A DNA stretch of 64,000 nt from Octopus sinensis (lineage: Eukaryota). The DNA is taken from NCBI RefSeq assembly GCF_006345805.1, contig NC_043011.1:40188464-40252463 (forward strand), given 5' to 3'. A program made the translations under genes and the position numbers. Below are positions 51,701 to 64,000 of this stretch, one piece after another; positions within the stretch are counted from its first letter, which is position 1; each line of letters opens with the position of its first letter. A model generated the notes under the pieces. It saw only the letters and a list, made by a program, of their open reading frames with translations. It ran no database searches and had not been told where the DNA came from.

Positions 51701-53815
51701 TTCAAGTGTTTGATTATGGACATATTTTATTTAATATTGTTTGTAGAAGGAAAATAACATTCTTAGTTTATTAATTACAATGTATAAAGTATGTTTTAAT
51801 AATTTTTTTTGTGCTTGCCAAAAGTAGCTAACAGTAATTAAACTTACAACATGCTATAAAACAGTCGTATTTTTTTTTTCTTAATGGTTCTTCATTTATT
51901 TAAGATGTCTATGTACATATAGTGTTAAGTTTATAATTCTTAGTATGATGGAAATTTTAGGCACAAACGGTTGTAAGCATAATTAAATGCTTTAATGTGA
52001 GTAGTTTGGTGTTCATATTGCCAGCTGTTTTATCTTTTTATCCAAATTAAATAAAATAATTCAGTAAATTAAGTCCTTTAAAGAAAAATATTTATTTGTC
52101 CAGCATGGCTATGTGGTAAGAAGCTTATTTCCCGACCACATGGTTCTGAGTTCAGTCTGATTGCATGACACCTTGGACAAGTGTCTTCTACTATAAGCCA
52201 TGGGGACAACGAAAGTCTTGTGAGTAGATTTGGTTGGCAGAAATGTAAGAAAACTGTTGTATATATATGTATATGTTTGTGTCTGTCTGTCTGTCGCCAC
52301 TTGACAACTGATGTTGGTATGTTTATGTCACTGTAACTTAGCAGTTCAGCAAAAGAGACTGATAGAATAAGTATTAGGGTTGATTTGTTCAACTAACATC
52401 CTTCAAGGCAGTGCTCCAGCATGGCTGTAGACTGATACAAGTAAAAGAATTAAAGAGGAAAAATGTTTCTAGAATGTGCAAAAAACCTGGAATTTGGGAG
52501 TGCAGATGCCATCAATACCAGTATTATTTGTTAATTGGTTTTAGTCATTGGACTGTGGCCTCAATGATCTGGGGTACCACATGATCACCTCACCCCCAAT
52601 GCTTACTTATTAAGTCTGGTATTTATTTTACCAAAATCTATTTGTTGAATCTCTAAGTCATGAGACAAATGTAAACACATGTATATGCACACGCATACTT
52701 GTAGGGATATGAAAACACACGTATTTGCACACACATGCTTGTGATGATACAAAAACACAATCACACATGCATGCAGGCTTGTGGGGACATGAACACACAT
52801 ATGAAAGTGTTTTTTGTGCACTAGTTGTATACCCACTTCATTCATAAGGCATTGAACAACTTCATGTTATAGTAAAAGACATGTCCCATAGTGTCACACA
52901 GTAGGACTGAACTTGAAACTGTGATTGTGAAGCAGACTTCTATCTATGCAGTCATTCCTGTATTTATTTTATTAATAACAATAATGATAATTAATTCTAA
53001 CATACTTGCAAAGCTTCATATTTTGTGGGTGGATAAAAGGATGGAAAGTGAAGTGAAGCCCAGTAATAATATTAGTTTAATAATCCTACAGTACCAGTTT
53101 TAGTAAGAGTGAAGGGAATGGCAATAATTGGGGCATAGAAATGAATCATTATAGGCTGCTGCTGTTCATGATAGTCTCAGAATACAATTTTCTGATTAGA
53201 CTGAGCTGTAAAGTTAATTTAGATCTGGAGTTGGTGCAGCCTTCACTGTTGTTTCAACACAGCTTTAATGTCAGAGTTGTACTTTTGTCCATGTACAAAT
53301 TATCTCCATAAGTTGCTTGTGGAGACATTTATTAATTTGTGTCAAAAAGACCTCTACAGTAATTAAACTGACTAATTTTACTCTACTGGCAAAAATTAAC
53401 TTTTAAGAAAAGTTAGTTTCAACATTAAAACTGCTCAGTACCGAATGGATGTATGTACTTGGCCAGACTTTGTGTAATTATAGCTCTCTTAGAAAAGCAA
53501 AACCTTGTTGCCTTCTTTTTTGTTTTTTACTTTTAAATGTCTCAAAATAAGTGTTTTACTTTTTATGTTATTTTGTATTTTTTTGGTTGTTTAAATTAAA
53601 CAAAAACATGTTTTGTGTTCTTGCAAAATTAACCGAATTTTCTAATGCCAAGATGATTGGGATTGGATTATATTTTGAAGTCTTGTAACTGAATTTGATC
53701 TCAGTTATTTTGTATAATCTTCTTGTCATTTGCATTGGTTCTTTGGCACCTTTTGTTTTCCCTTTTGTCATGAAAATATTTACTAAAGACTCTTTCCTGA
53801 AAGTAGTTTCTACTA

Positions 53816-53851
<36 letters not shown>

Positions 53852-53995
53852 ATGGCAATGATTTTGCATCTGTTTCTCCATTCTTACTTAATGACTCTTC
53901 TCTGTCTCACAACCAGTTACATTCTTTTATCATATCCAGCATATATAAATTGTTTGTTCAGTTTATGCCTGTTTTCCTACACTAGCATAACTTAG

Positions 53996-54031
<36 letters not shown>

Positions 54032-55322
54032 CTTTTATTAATATTTAGCAAAAGTAAAAGAGTGACTCAAGGTCCAAGAGCTTTCATGCGTTGGCACTTA
54101 AGGACATACACACCATCATTGAATGTCCATTTTCCATACTGGCATAGGTTGGACGGCTTGAAAGAAAATGGGAATGCTAGGGGCTGCACCTTGTTCTGTA
54201 GTCTTTTATATATATTTGTATTTCAATATAAGTGACATGCTGCTACCTCCTCCCCTTTTACTTATATTATTAAATATATTGAAGTCGAGTATGACTTAAT
54301 ATATTCAATCATTGGACACACTGATGGTATTTTTGCCATTGCTACTTGATCAACAAGTTGCCAAAAAACCGAAATCTGTGTTGTATTTAGATTGGAGAAC
54401 TTACACCCCTCCTAAACCCTGATTCTGAGATAGCTCAAGAAAATTCAGAGGATTAATAATGGTCTGTGGTATAGGCTCAAAGCCTGAAATTTTGGGAAAG
54501 GGTTTAGTTGCTCCTTTCAGCTTCAGTACTTAACTAGTACTTTATTTTATCAACCGTCGAAGGAAGAAAAAGTTGACTTCAGTGAGATTTGAACTCTGAA
54601 CTTAAAATAACTGTAACTAAATACTGCAAGGGTTAATAATTTTGTTAAGAGTAAATCTGAAGTTGTTGTTTAGCCCCAGGTCAGACTTGTCGAAGCAGAT
54701 CTATGATCAAAGAAGTTTCAGCTATAATCAAGGAATGAAACCTACTTTATGTAGAACCACATTATCTAATTTCATTTTTTTGTTTTCTCTTTTTAAACAT
54801 TGTTCAGTATCATTTTTGCTCTACTAGTGATACCGTATACCATCACATCACAGATTGGAATACAAGGTGGGTGTGATTAGAAATATTTGCTAAAATAAAA
54901 CTTCACCACTTCTGAAATACGTTCTCTTCTAAGTCATTGTACCATCAAAATTACTTCTAATTATGGATTCCATATTTCATATCTACTGAAAGAAGTTTTA
55001 TTTACTAAAAGTTTAATGTGATTTCCACTCTGACATTAGTAAGAAGTACAGCAGATAATGTCAATTTGAATTACCTGAAACAGTAAGGTCTTTGTTAGAA
55101 TATCTGCTCATATTGCTATGCTAATTTTGTATCCTTGTATTCACTATTCTTCTGTAAAATCTAATTTTACCATCAGTGTTTTCTTTATTCTTACTTAATA
55201 CTTTGTTATATAAGTATATATGTTTTTACTAGGCAAGGTAGTTGTTGATTATTTTTAAGATTGGTAGATAAATATTAGATTATTAATGCTATTATAGTTT
55301 CTTAGCTTCTGAATTATCTGGC

Positions 55323-55353
<31 letters not shown>

Positions 55354-58300
55354 CTTTACTGCAGCCATTGTACTCTTTCTTAAGCTGCTACGCTATGTTT
55401 CTTTCCCCTTTATGTATGTCTCCAGTTAAATACCAAACCTTCAACACTTCTGGAAGATTCACTATTAACTGTGCTTATCTCTGGGGCCTGTAGCTAAATG
55501 CACTGTGTCCTTAGTCTGCTAGAAATAACAAGCAAATCATCCTCAAATCACTCTCTAGTTTTTTAAGACTTTAAGACATTTTGTATGTGAGACATTACAT
55601 TGGACAATGTAATAATTCTTGATGAATTATGCTTGAAAAAATGGGATGATTACTGTTGGAATGAATTCCTTTGACTGTAAGTCTGCATAGTCAGGGCTGA
55701 CCTGGAACTAAATGACAATGCACACCACCAATAATCTATCAATGCTTGTACTGTCCATATTGATTGCTAATATATTTAAAGCTTTATTTTATATAAGATT
55801 CTAGAGGAGTTAAATAAAATACATCGGTAACCTTGTATTGATTCCTACAAGGGTTTAGAATTTGTATTTACACACATACTTACCATGGGTACATTTGTTA
55901 GGACATGGTTTGCTCCTGGGCTTTTGTAGTTGTGGTGCTCCTTTCAAAAAAAAAAAAAAAAATGGGGTGGCATCTACCTGTAGAGTTTTTTTTTTTTTTC
56001 GCTATTTGCAGTTTGTATGATCTATCCATCCATCTTCTTCCAAGGAGGATAGTATCCTTGGTCACCTCCTCTATTGGGTTCTATCAGAAACAGCAGTCAT
56101 TAAACTTTCCTGCTTGGATTCCTAAGCATGACCAACTAAGATTATAGACATTTTCTAACCATCTTGTTCTTGGTCTACTCCTGGTTGGCTCATGGAAAGG
56201 GTTCAAAAGAATAATCATTTCATATGGAAATGTTCAAATTTGCGAAATTCAACACAGTATTCATCTTGGGGTGAGCTAAAATAATTAAGTGGAAGTGCTT
56301 TATATTTAAGTGTGCAAAACAGGAATTCCAGAGCAAATGTGTTTTACCTGAATAGTGTCAGGTGTGCACTTGTGTGAAGATGGAGATTTCAGGCAATTCT
56401 TGTGTTTATAGTCTTTTATCTTTATTATGCTTAACTCTAATTTTTCTTTCTGTATCTGGATGAGACAAAGCTTGCTTATAGGATACCTGTGTATGAGTGG
56501 TAAATATTATGAAAGGTTTGGCCTCTTGATTTGTTGTACAAACTGCTAAGTCATAAAGGTTAGAGAAATATCAACATCATCGTCATTTTAACATCTACTT
56601 TGCCATGCATGCATTGGTTGGATGGAGATTGTTGAGGCAGATTTTCTTCAGCTGGATCCCCTTATTGTCAACCCATATCTTTTTCCAAGCAGAGTAATAT
56701 TCCCTGATGATCAGACATGTCTTTATAAAATACTGATATGAATGGCATTCCTTTGCAACAGTCGTGATGTTAAGGCAAGGAAATGCCTGCACATGCACTC
56801 ACACATATGTACATACATGTGTTTGATATATATACACATACACACGTTAATTAAATTAAAGACATACCAGCATAAACGATGAATTTCACCTTGTTATTTA
56901 CATCCATTTTCTTCTTTATTTACATCCATTTATATATATATATATGGCTTCTTTCAGTTTCTGCCTACTGAATCCACTCACAAGTTTTGATCAACCTGGA
57001 GCTATAGTAAAAGACACTTGCCCAAAGTCCCACACAGTGAGACTGAACCCCTAACAATGTGGTCAGAAAGCCAAAACCTGCGCTTTATGTATGTGACTGA
57101 ATATTCCAATTGTTTGTTACAAAAGAGAAGGAATGGAGGCAATTGAAGGAGAACAAAAAAAGGAAGAGTTAATTTGGTACTGTTAATAAACATTATCTTA
57201 ATTATGGCTGCAGCATTCTCTGAAATTTCTGGCTACTGAGTGGAATTTTTGTTGAACTGAGCACAAAAAAAAATTTTAATTCAAAGCTAGTGCATCATCA
57301 TCATCATCATCATCATTTAACGTCCGCTTTCCATGCTAGCATGGGTTGGACAAATGCATAACATTTAAATGAATGCTAATCAAGTACATGTCTGTAAACT
57401 AAAACATGCACCCACATTTTGATGGGTGCAGCTCCAATACAACGACTGCATGGTTGTGCACCTGTGTAACATAGGAATTGTTGAATGGCAGAGTAACTAA
57501 TCTGGAAAATGAAGACTATGATCAACAGAATTAATTGCCATCATCACCATCAGTCATTATTTTTACTGTTCTTTTCTCATTTGTCTTGATTCATCTTCTC
57601 CTTAGGCCCAGTCATCTCAGGTTTTTTCTTAGTTCTTCCTCATCTTACTTTTACTAATGGTGCCACTAGCTCCGCTATTGGCCAACTGATTTGTCTTTTG
57701 CCTTTTTATTTTTCCCTCTCAAGTGCCTCTATTTATATATCATCTCCAGACACTAGCCAATTTCTGTTTAACATACTTGTACTGAAATGTTTTTACCTGC
57801 TAGAAATAGTAGCTAAGTCCCCACTCAGAACACAATAATAAACAAAAGGACACACTGGATTAGATAATCCCAGATAGACTGAGCAAAGGCATCCTTGTGA
57901 CCATCTCCTTTTTCTTTCATAGTTTGTTCTGTCACCACTGAACTGAGGTAACGATGTTTGTTTATGAGATAAGAGTTATATCCTCAAGCTATTAATACAA
58001 TTAAGTTTTAAGCTAATTAGTACATTGAAACGAATTGTTATATAGCTTAAGGTCAGCCCTGACAGAAAACTCACCACATTGACTACATTCTGAAGTCCCC
58101 TCCCCAACTGCTTTAACCTTCATTAAAGTATTATACAGACAAACCTCAATTCACTTTATGGAGTGCAGCTTAGTTCTCAATATATTTAACTTGAACAAAT
58201 ATTCCACCTTTCTTCGTCTTAAACAGTTTTATACAATATCTACTACTTTTATTATTTATTGTCATCTTTGTAAGTCTGTATTCTGTAGTATAAAAAAGAT

Positions 58301-58533
58301 TTCTAGCATGCCAGGCAGTCATGATTTTGATGTTATAATTCACCTTATCGGCGTGCGTGAGGTGAAATAACTTCCAGTTGAAAATGTAAATACAAATGTA
58401 AACAAAATGTATTTTATACACATTCCAGGTGCAAAAAGAATATATTTATATACACACTCTTGGTGTTCATAGTTTTGCAAGTGGTATGGTAACCTCACTA
58501 GTGCTAATGCCAAAAAGGAAAAGTTCAGTGCAT

Positions 58534-58780
58534 CATCATCATTCATCATTGTTCGACCATGGTCGAGACAATGGAATTTACCATGCTACGCCAGACTTCA
58601 CGGTCCATCATGGCATTACAGAGGTCCTGTTGCTGGATGCCTGTATCCCTGGAGATTACATCAGGGTTGGAGAGTGTGCGCCCTCTGGTATTGCGAGTAG
58701 ATAGCTTCCAGAGGAGAAGAGTAGAAATTACCTCTTTTTCAGCTCTACAACAATGTCCAGCAAACTGGACTCTCTTACCT
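58534..58780 (-). mobile_element. 5'-truncated RTE-clade LINE 3' end, young insertion
   Basis: Uninterrupted frame RVQFAGHCCRAEKEVISTLLLWKLSTRNTRGRTLSNPDVISRDTGIQQQDLCNAMMDREVWRSMVNSIVSTMVEQ* followed by a (TGA)n tail. 10-bp TSD TTCAGTGCAT at 58524-58533 and 58781-58790. Confidence 0.85.
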
Positions 58781-59588
58781 TTCAGTGCATGCTGTAAAGT
58801 GGTTGAGCATTAAGAAGGGTATTGAGCTGTAGAAATCATGCCAAAGTAGATAGTGGCACATGATTTGATCCTTGGACCTGTCAGATCATCCATTCCATGC
58901 CAACATAGAACATAGATGTTAAATAATGATGATATCATAAAAGAAAGGGAGTGAAGTCAAATAGTGTTTGCATGGAGAGCTGGATCTTCAGTTGCATTGG
59001 TTCTAGATGCTAGTCAAAATTAATTTATACAGTTTCTCTATAATTGTTATAATTAAAGCAAATCATTCATTGCTATGTTTGAAATAACTTCTTGCTTTGT
59101 TTATTGGCTCACATTCTTTTATCTTCTTCTACTCCTTTCAGTCATTGGGCTGTGGCCATACTGGGATGTCACATTAAAGGGTTTGATCAAACAAATCGGC
59201 CCCTGAATTTGGCTTTTTTAAGTTTGATACTTTTCTATTGGTCTCTATTGCGGGTCTGTTGAACAATTAAGTTGTGGGGCTGTAAACAAACCAACACTGG
59301 TTGTCAAATAGTAGGGATGGGACAAACACTAAAACACCCCCACCCCATATGAGTGTGTGTGTATGTGTTTTTATTTTTCGTTTTCAGTCATTTGACTGTG
59401 GCCATGCTGGAGCACCATCTTTTAGTCAAACAAATCGAGGCCCCAGGACTTATTTTTTGTAAGCCTAGTACTTATTATATCGGTCTCTTTTGCCGAACCA
59501 CTAAGTTACAGGGACGTATCACGCACCAACATTGGTTGTCAAGCGATGGTGGAGGGACAAACACACATACATAAATATACATATATAA

Positions 59589-59634
<46 letters not shown>

Positions 59635-62099
59635 CCATGCAGTGGAACTGAACCCGGAAGCATGTAGTTGGTAAGCAAGCTACTTACTAGACAGCCACTC
59701 CTACATACATTCATATACACATTTGGCTTCCACACAGTTTCAATGGACTTCAGTCACAAGATATTAGCCAACCTGGAGCTATAGTAGAAGACACTTGCCC
59801 AAAGTGATACATAACTACAGTGACTACTTAACTACAGAGCCTTATGAATATATGAATTAGCAAATCCTTCCAGCTATTGAGAACCCAGAAATTAAGTTAA
59901 AAAGAGTATATATATATAGTGCATGTGTGTGTGAGAGAGAGAGAGATGTAAGTCAAGAAAGAAAGGTAGTGGTGGAATACTATTTCTGGATCATTTTTGT
60001 TCTTTTTCCAAATCTCCCCTACATCGTTTAATTCACTTCCAGATTTGATGTTTATATGAGATAAAATAATTGGTTAATCATAGCCTTATATTTGTAAACT
60101 TTTAAGAATGCCATTAAATGTTGTTAATAGAATGATAGTAAGCTAATTCCATAATTAGATCAGTAACCTATATATGCAATGATTCAGACTGTTCTGGGTC
60201 TAGACCTTGTTGGTTTGTTGAGTGTAGGCATATGTTGTGTTAGCCATTTTGATCATGTATGCTAAAAGGTTGTGTTGATGGTTACATTATGAGGGGCAAG
60301 ATAAACTTGGTCAATACTGTTTTCCTCACTTGTTTTTTAAGAGTCATATCCATATGTATTTAATCATGATTTAAAATTTGGTCCTGCGTATGGACCACAT
60401 GGCCCTTTTAGCAGCTTCGAATGAGGATTGACAAATGGCTTCATTGTTTTCACAACTCCTCAAGAATTCACTTAAGCTCCCCATCTCAAGCCTCTGTGCT
60501 TTTGTATTTAGGTCATGATAAAATTCAGTGGTTAACATTTGGAACTAATTAAAATCTTCAGGTCACATTTGACAGTAGTTCATGTAAATGACTGAGAATA
60601 ATCTAACCCCTGCTACCATCATAAGGAAATAGACATGTGTGACCTTTTTTATGAAAAAACTCATTGGAATCGCATGCACATGCACACGTGAATAAAATTG
60701 TGGGCGTAATAATTATCTGTTATTAAATGATTTGTGTTATTCTTTCAGTCTCCATGTTCATTCTGATGAAGTAGAACAATGATCGGAAACATTGCCTTTA
60801 TAGCCATTTTGTCTTTTATTCTGACATAGTATATCTTGATAGGATGGTAAGCTGTGATTTAATCAGATATAGTAACTAAATCAACATTAAGTGACCATGT
60901 TGGAGTTCTTTTGTTGGCTCATGATGTTCAAATCTAGTAGTCATTTGTTAAGGTGATCACCATTAACTGATCGTCAATGCAAAGGACATCTTGACTGTTG
61001 AAACAAAACACTAAATGTAGTTTTGGCAATCAAAATATCTTAATTATGTTAGTCGGTATACAAAAATTTCTATTAAATTAGGGTTTGTACTGCTATAATA
61101 GTTTCGTCTGAAGCTGTTTTGTTCATCCACTTTTGCTCTTCTGTACATATAGTTTCATCTCCTTTTGTATCTCAGTGTTTTTTTTTTACTTGATTCTCTC
61201 TTGATTTTAGTTTAAATTAGCATACTTAATTCAACAAACTATCTATTCTATTATTTGTTTCAGTCATTGGTTTGTGGCCATACTAGGGCACCACCTTGAA
61301 GGGTGTCTAATCAATTGACTCTAGTCTCTATTTTGGTGAACTGCTAAGTTACTGAGACATAAAAATCTATACCAGTTGTCAAGTAGTGAGAGGCCAACAC
61401 AAGTGTGCATGGCTGTTTGCACATACATACCACATATACAATAGGCCTCTGTGCAGTTTCTGTCTACAAAATTCATTCACAGTGCATTACTCAGCCCAGA
61501 ATTATAACAGAAAACCTTTGTCTTAAGTGCTACATAATGGGACAACCTGAAAACTTCTTGATCACACAGCTTCAAGTGAACCTGTTTAATGTCTTTCTGT
61601 TTCTCTTCCTGCAGTTTAGATAGTTTGGTCAGATATTTAAGTTTATACTGTGATCTGCAGATTTTTTTTTTCCTTTTTTTTTGTTTTAAATTCTATCAGG
61701 AGTGGTGGGGGCCATTGCCATGCTCATAACCTTTACAGGCCATCTCTGGTGAGATTCATGTAGAACATGCATGAAAAAAAACATTGTAGAGAGGGGATTG
61801 AGGATAGGTCTGATCTGAATATTTTTAACAAAACTGATCTCTGCTGAAATGTCCTGTATTGTGATCTTAAGAGACAGGCTGAGCTTAAATAAATTGGAAA
61901 TTTAATTTGATGCATTCAAGACAGACAGTAACTATTGGTATTAAGAGGGGATGAATGGCTTGATGGATGAAACAGTTATTACTTGAAGAAGTATTTTGAT
62001 TGAGAAATGATGAATATCTGCTTGGAAAAAATTAATCATTTGTAATGCAAATGTAGAAATATTGAAGAATATGTAATATGAATATGAACAGCATATTGA

Positions 62100-62272
62100 T
62101 CAAAATGCTTAGTGGCATTTTGTCTATTGCTATGTTCTGAGTTCAAATTCTACTAAGGTCAACTTTGTCTTTCATCTTTTCGGGGTCATTGAGCACTGGG
62201 GTCAAAGTAATCAACTAGCCCCCTCCTCCAAAATTTCAGGTCTTGTGCTTATAGAACAAAGGATTATTAATA
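62100..62272 (+). mobile_element. tRNA-derived SINE family A (CpG-decayed copy)
   Basis: Matches 6000-6188 with CG->TG/CA changes; (ATT)n tail. Confidence 0.7.
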
Positions 62273-62854
62273 AAGTATGTTGAAGTGACTTCAGTACTAA
62301 GTAATAGCTTATTATACATTGTTTTTAAAAATCCCTGGATGGAAAAGTTGCTTCATAGATGTGAACTATGTATCTTCTTTAATCCAGACAGATGTGCTAC
62401 CTACTACATTAGGGCAGCCTACTGATTCTTATCCATCCATATTCAATGTTTTAATCACAACAAGAATCTCGTTTACATTTACAACACAAAGGTAGAAGCA
62501 TTGCGTGACACATAGTCTTCATGCTAGCACTTAAAATAATTGTTTTGGGAGAGAAGAGCGGTTTATTTTTTTTGTTCTTGGTATATTAGCATATGGGTGC
62601 CAGTGAGTATATGCTACTGATGAAGCCCAAAGAGGCAGAAATGTGTTGTCTAGTATTCTTAGCCCCACTGCTGGGCAATTTTCATGATACCAATATATTT
62701 GTGTTGTTAAACACAGTATGTCCATAAGAGATATGTCTGTACAATTGCTGCATTTGTTTGGATTTTCATGATGTGTTTGCATTAAGTACAAAAAACACAG
62801 ATGGCTATTAAACTGTGCTTTCTTTTTCTTTTCTTTCAGGTCTGTGAGTGAAAG

Positions 62855-63122
62855 ATGCCTTTGATAAAGCGTATAGTCGAGCCAGTCCATGTGAGTAATG
62901 TAGGGGTACACCCAGGTGTAAGGAATGAGTTAGAATGTGTAGCAAACAACACACTAGCTAATACTATTCGCCAGTTGAGCAGCTTGAGCAAACATGCTGA
63001 GGACCTGTTCACTGAGCTGTTTTCAGAAGCCTCTTCTGTGTACAACAGACTTAACCACTTGCAGTCTCGCATGGAGGATGTACACAGAAAGGTGAAACAA
63101 TTGGATGCCACTGTTGAAGAAG
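62855..63122 (+). CDS. WASF3: WAVE/SCAR (Wiskott-Aldrich syndrome protein family member), first coding exon, WAVE-homology domain N-terminus; exon spans 62840-63122 and the gene continues beyond the window
   Basis: MPLIKRIVEP...ELECVANNTLANTIRQLSSLSKHAEDLFTELFSEA...LQSR...KVKQLDATVEE is the WAVE/SCAR homology domain. Polypyrimidine acceptor TTCTTTCAG| at 62839, in-frame TGA 6 nt before the ATG, and donor AAG|GTAATG (phase 1) at 63123. Invertebrates usually have one gene co-orthologous to WASF1/2/3, and this peptide looks closest to WASF3. Confidence 0.93.
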
Positions 63123-64000
63123 GTAATGCTTGGATTTTCTTTTAGAATCTAAATTTTACCCATTTCTTTACTCCTTCAATGTTTTTTTTTTCTTTTGTTA
63201 CTAATTTTTGACATTAATCACTTTTTGATGTTTATACTAGCATTTTTTTTTTATTGCTTTCTATTTGCAGTATTGGCATTTTGTTTTTCTAATTTTTTTT
63301 TGTTTTCGTTTGTTTTCTCCTTGTCTATAAGCAGTGTAATGTGATTATAATAATTACACTGTTTAGATAAATGTATATATGAATTTCAGGTTGGGAAAAA
63401 ATACAACAAAAATTCACAAAAGCAAAAAAAAAAAAAAGAAATGTTGCCAAAAGTAATCATATTGTAGCCAGTTGTGTGTTCTTTCTCTTATAAAAAAAAA
63501 AAAAGAAAAAGAAAAGAAAAGAAAAAATTTTAATCCTAATTAATCTTCATTTTGATTGTCTGCAATAAATTTTTTTGCCAGATTACTATTGCTATTTAAA
63601 AAAAAACATGTAATGAAGATCAATTTTTTTTTTCTTTTGAAATTATAAATTTATTTTTTAAAAAAAAGCATTTCTTGAAATTATTTCACCAAATCCTTTT
63701 TTCAGAATATTTAATATAAATTATTAATTTTTTTCATTTTCAATTCCTCATCCAAAATTCTTAACTCAGATCATTAGTTTTGTAGACATAGTACTAATAA
63801 TTTCTATTTCTAATGAATTTAGATTGATACTAATTATGCGGCTGTTTTCTCGTCAGCATTTCACACACACACACTTAAACATATCAAAAATCGAAGTTTG
63901 AGTAAAGAAGTTAACTGTCGGTTCTTACTTTCAGTCTAGCCATCTATATGCTACACTCCTAAAATTTGTGAAAAATCTGTTGCGTAGTTGATTGAACACT

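Noticed and set aside
63123-63145. ORF tail GNAWIFF*
   Set aside because: Intron read-through after the phase-1 donor; WAVE homology stops at TVEE.

Overview
AT-rich, microsatellite- and SINE-dense animal DNA. The repeat families and protein style suggest an octopus (inference). Only two host coding exons are supportable. One is the first coding exon of a CDC40/PRP17-like splicing factor (minus strand, 2265-2435). The other is the first coding exon of a WAVE/SCAR (WASF family) actin regulator (plus strand, 62855-63122). The two genes point away from each other. A CpG-retaining promoter at about 2440-2750 (CCAAT and YY1-like motifs) is followed by a plus-strand non-coding exon ending in a perfect GAG|GTAAGT donor. 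This suggests a bidirectional CDC40/WASF promoter and a 5'-UTR intron of up to about 60 kb, the same head-to-head pairing I recall for human CDC40 and WASF1. The intervening DNA is mostly transposon debris: a Merlin (IS1595/ISXO2-like) element with TIRs, a mariner relic, two decayed LINE RT copies, a young 5'-truncated RTE LINE end with TSD, a Helentron-type non-autonomous element, piggyBac- and hAT-type MITEs (some nested), and many tRNA-derived SINEs (one tandem array, several inverted pairs). I found no convincing novel multi-gene system. The best leads are regulatory and evolutionary. All homology calls come from motif recognition and memory, not database searches, and repeat boundaries are approximate unless TSD/TIR coordinates are given.
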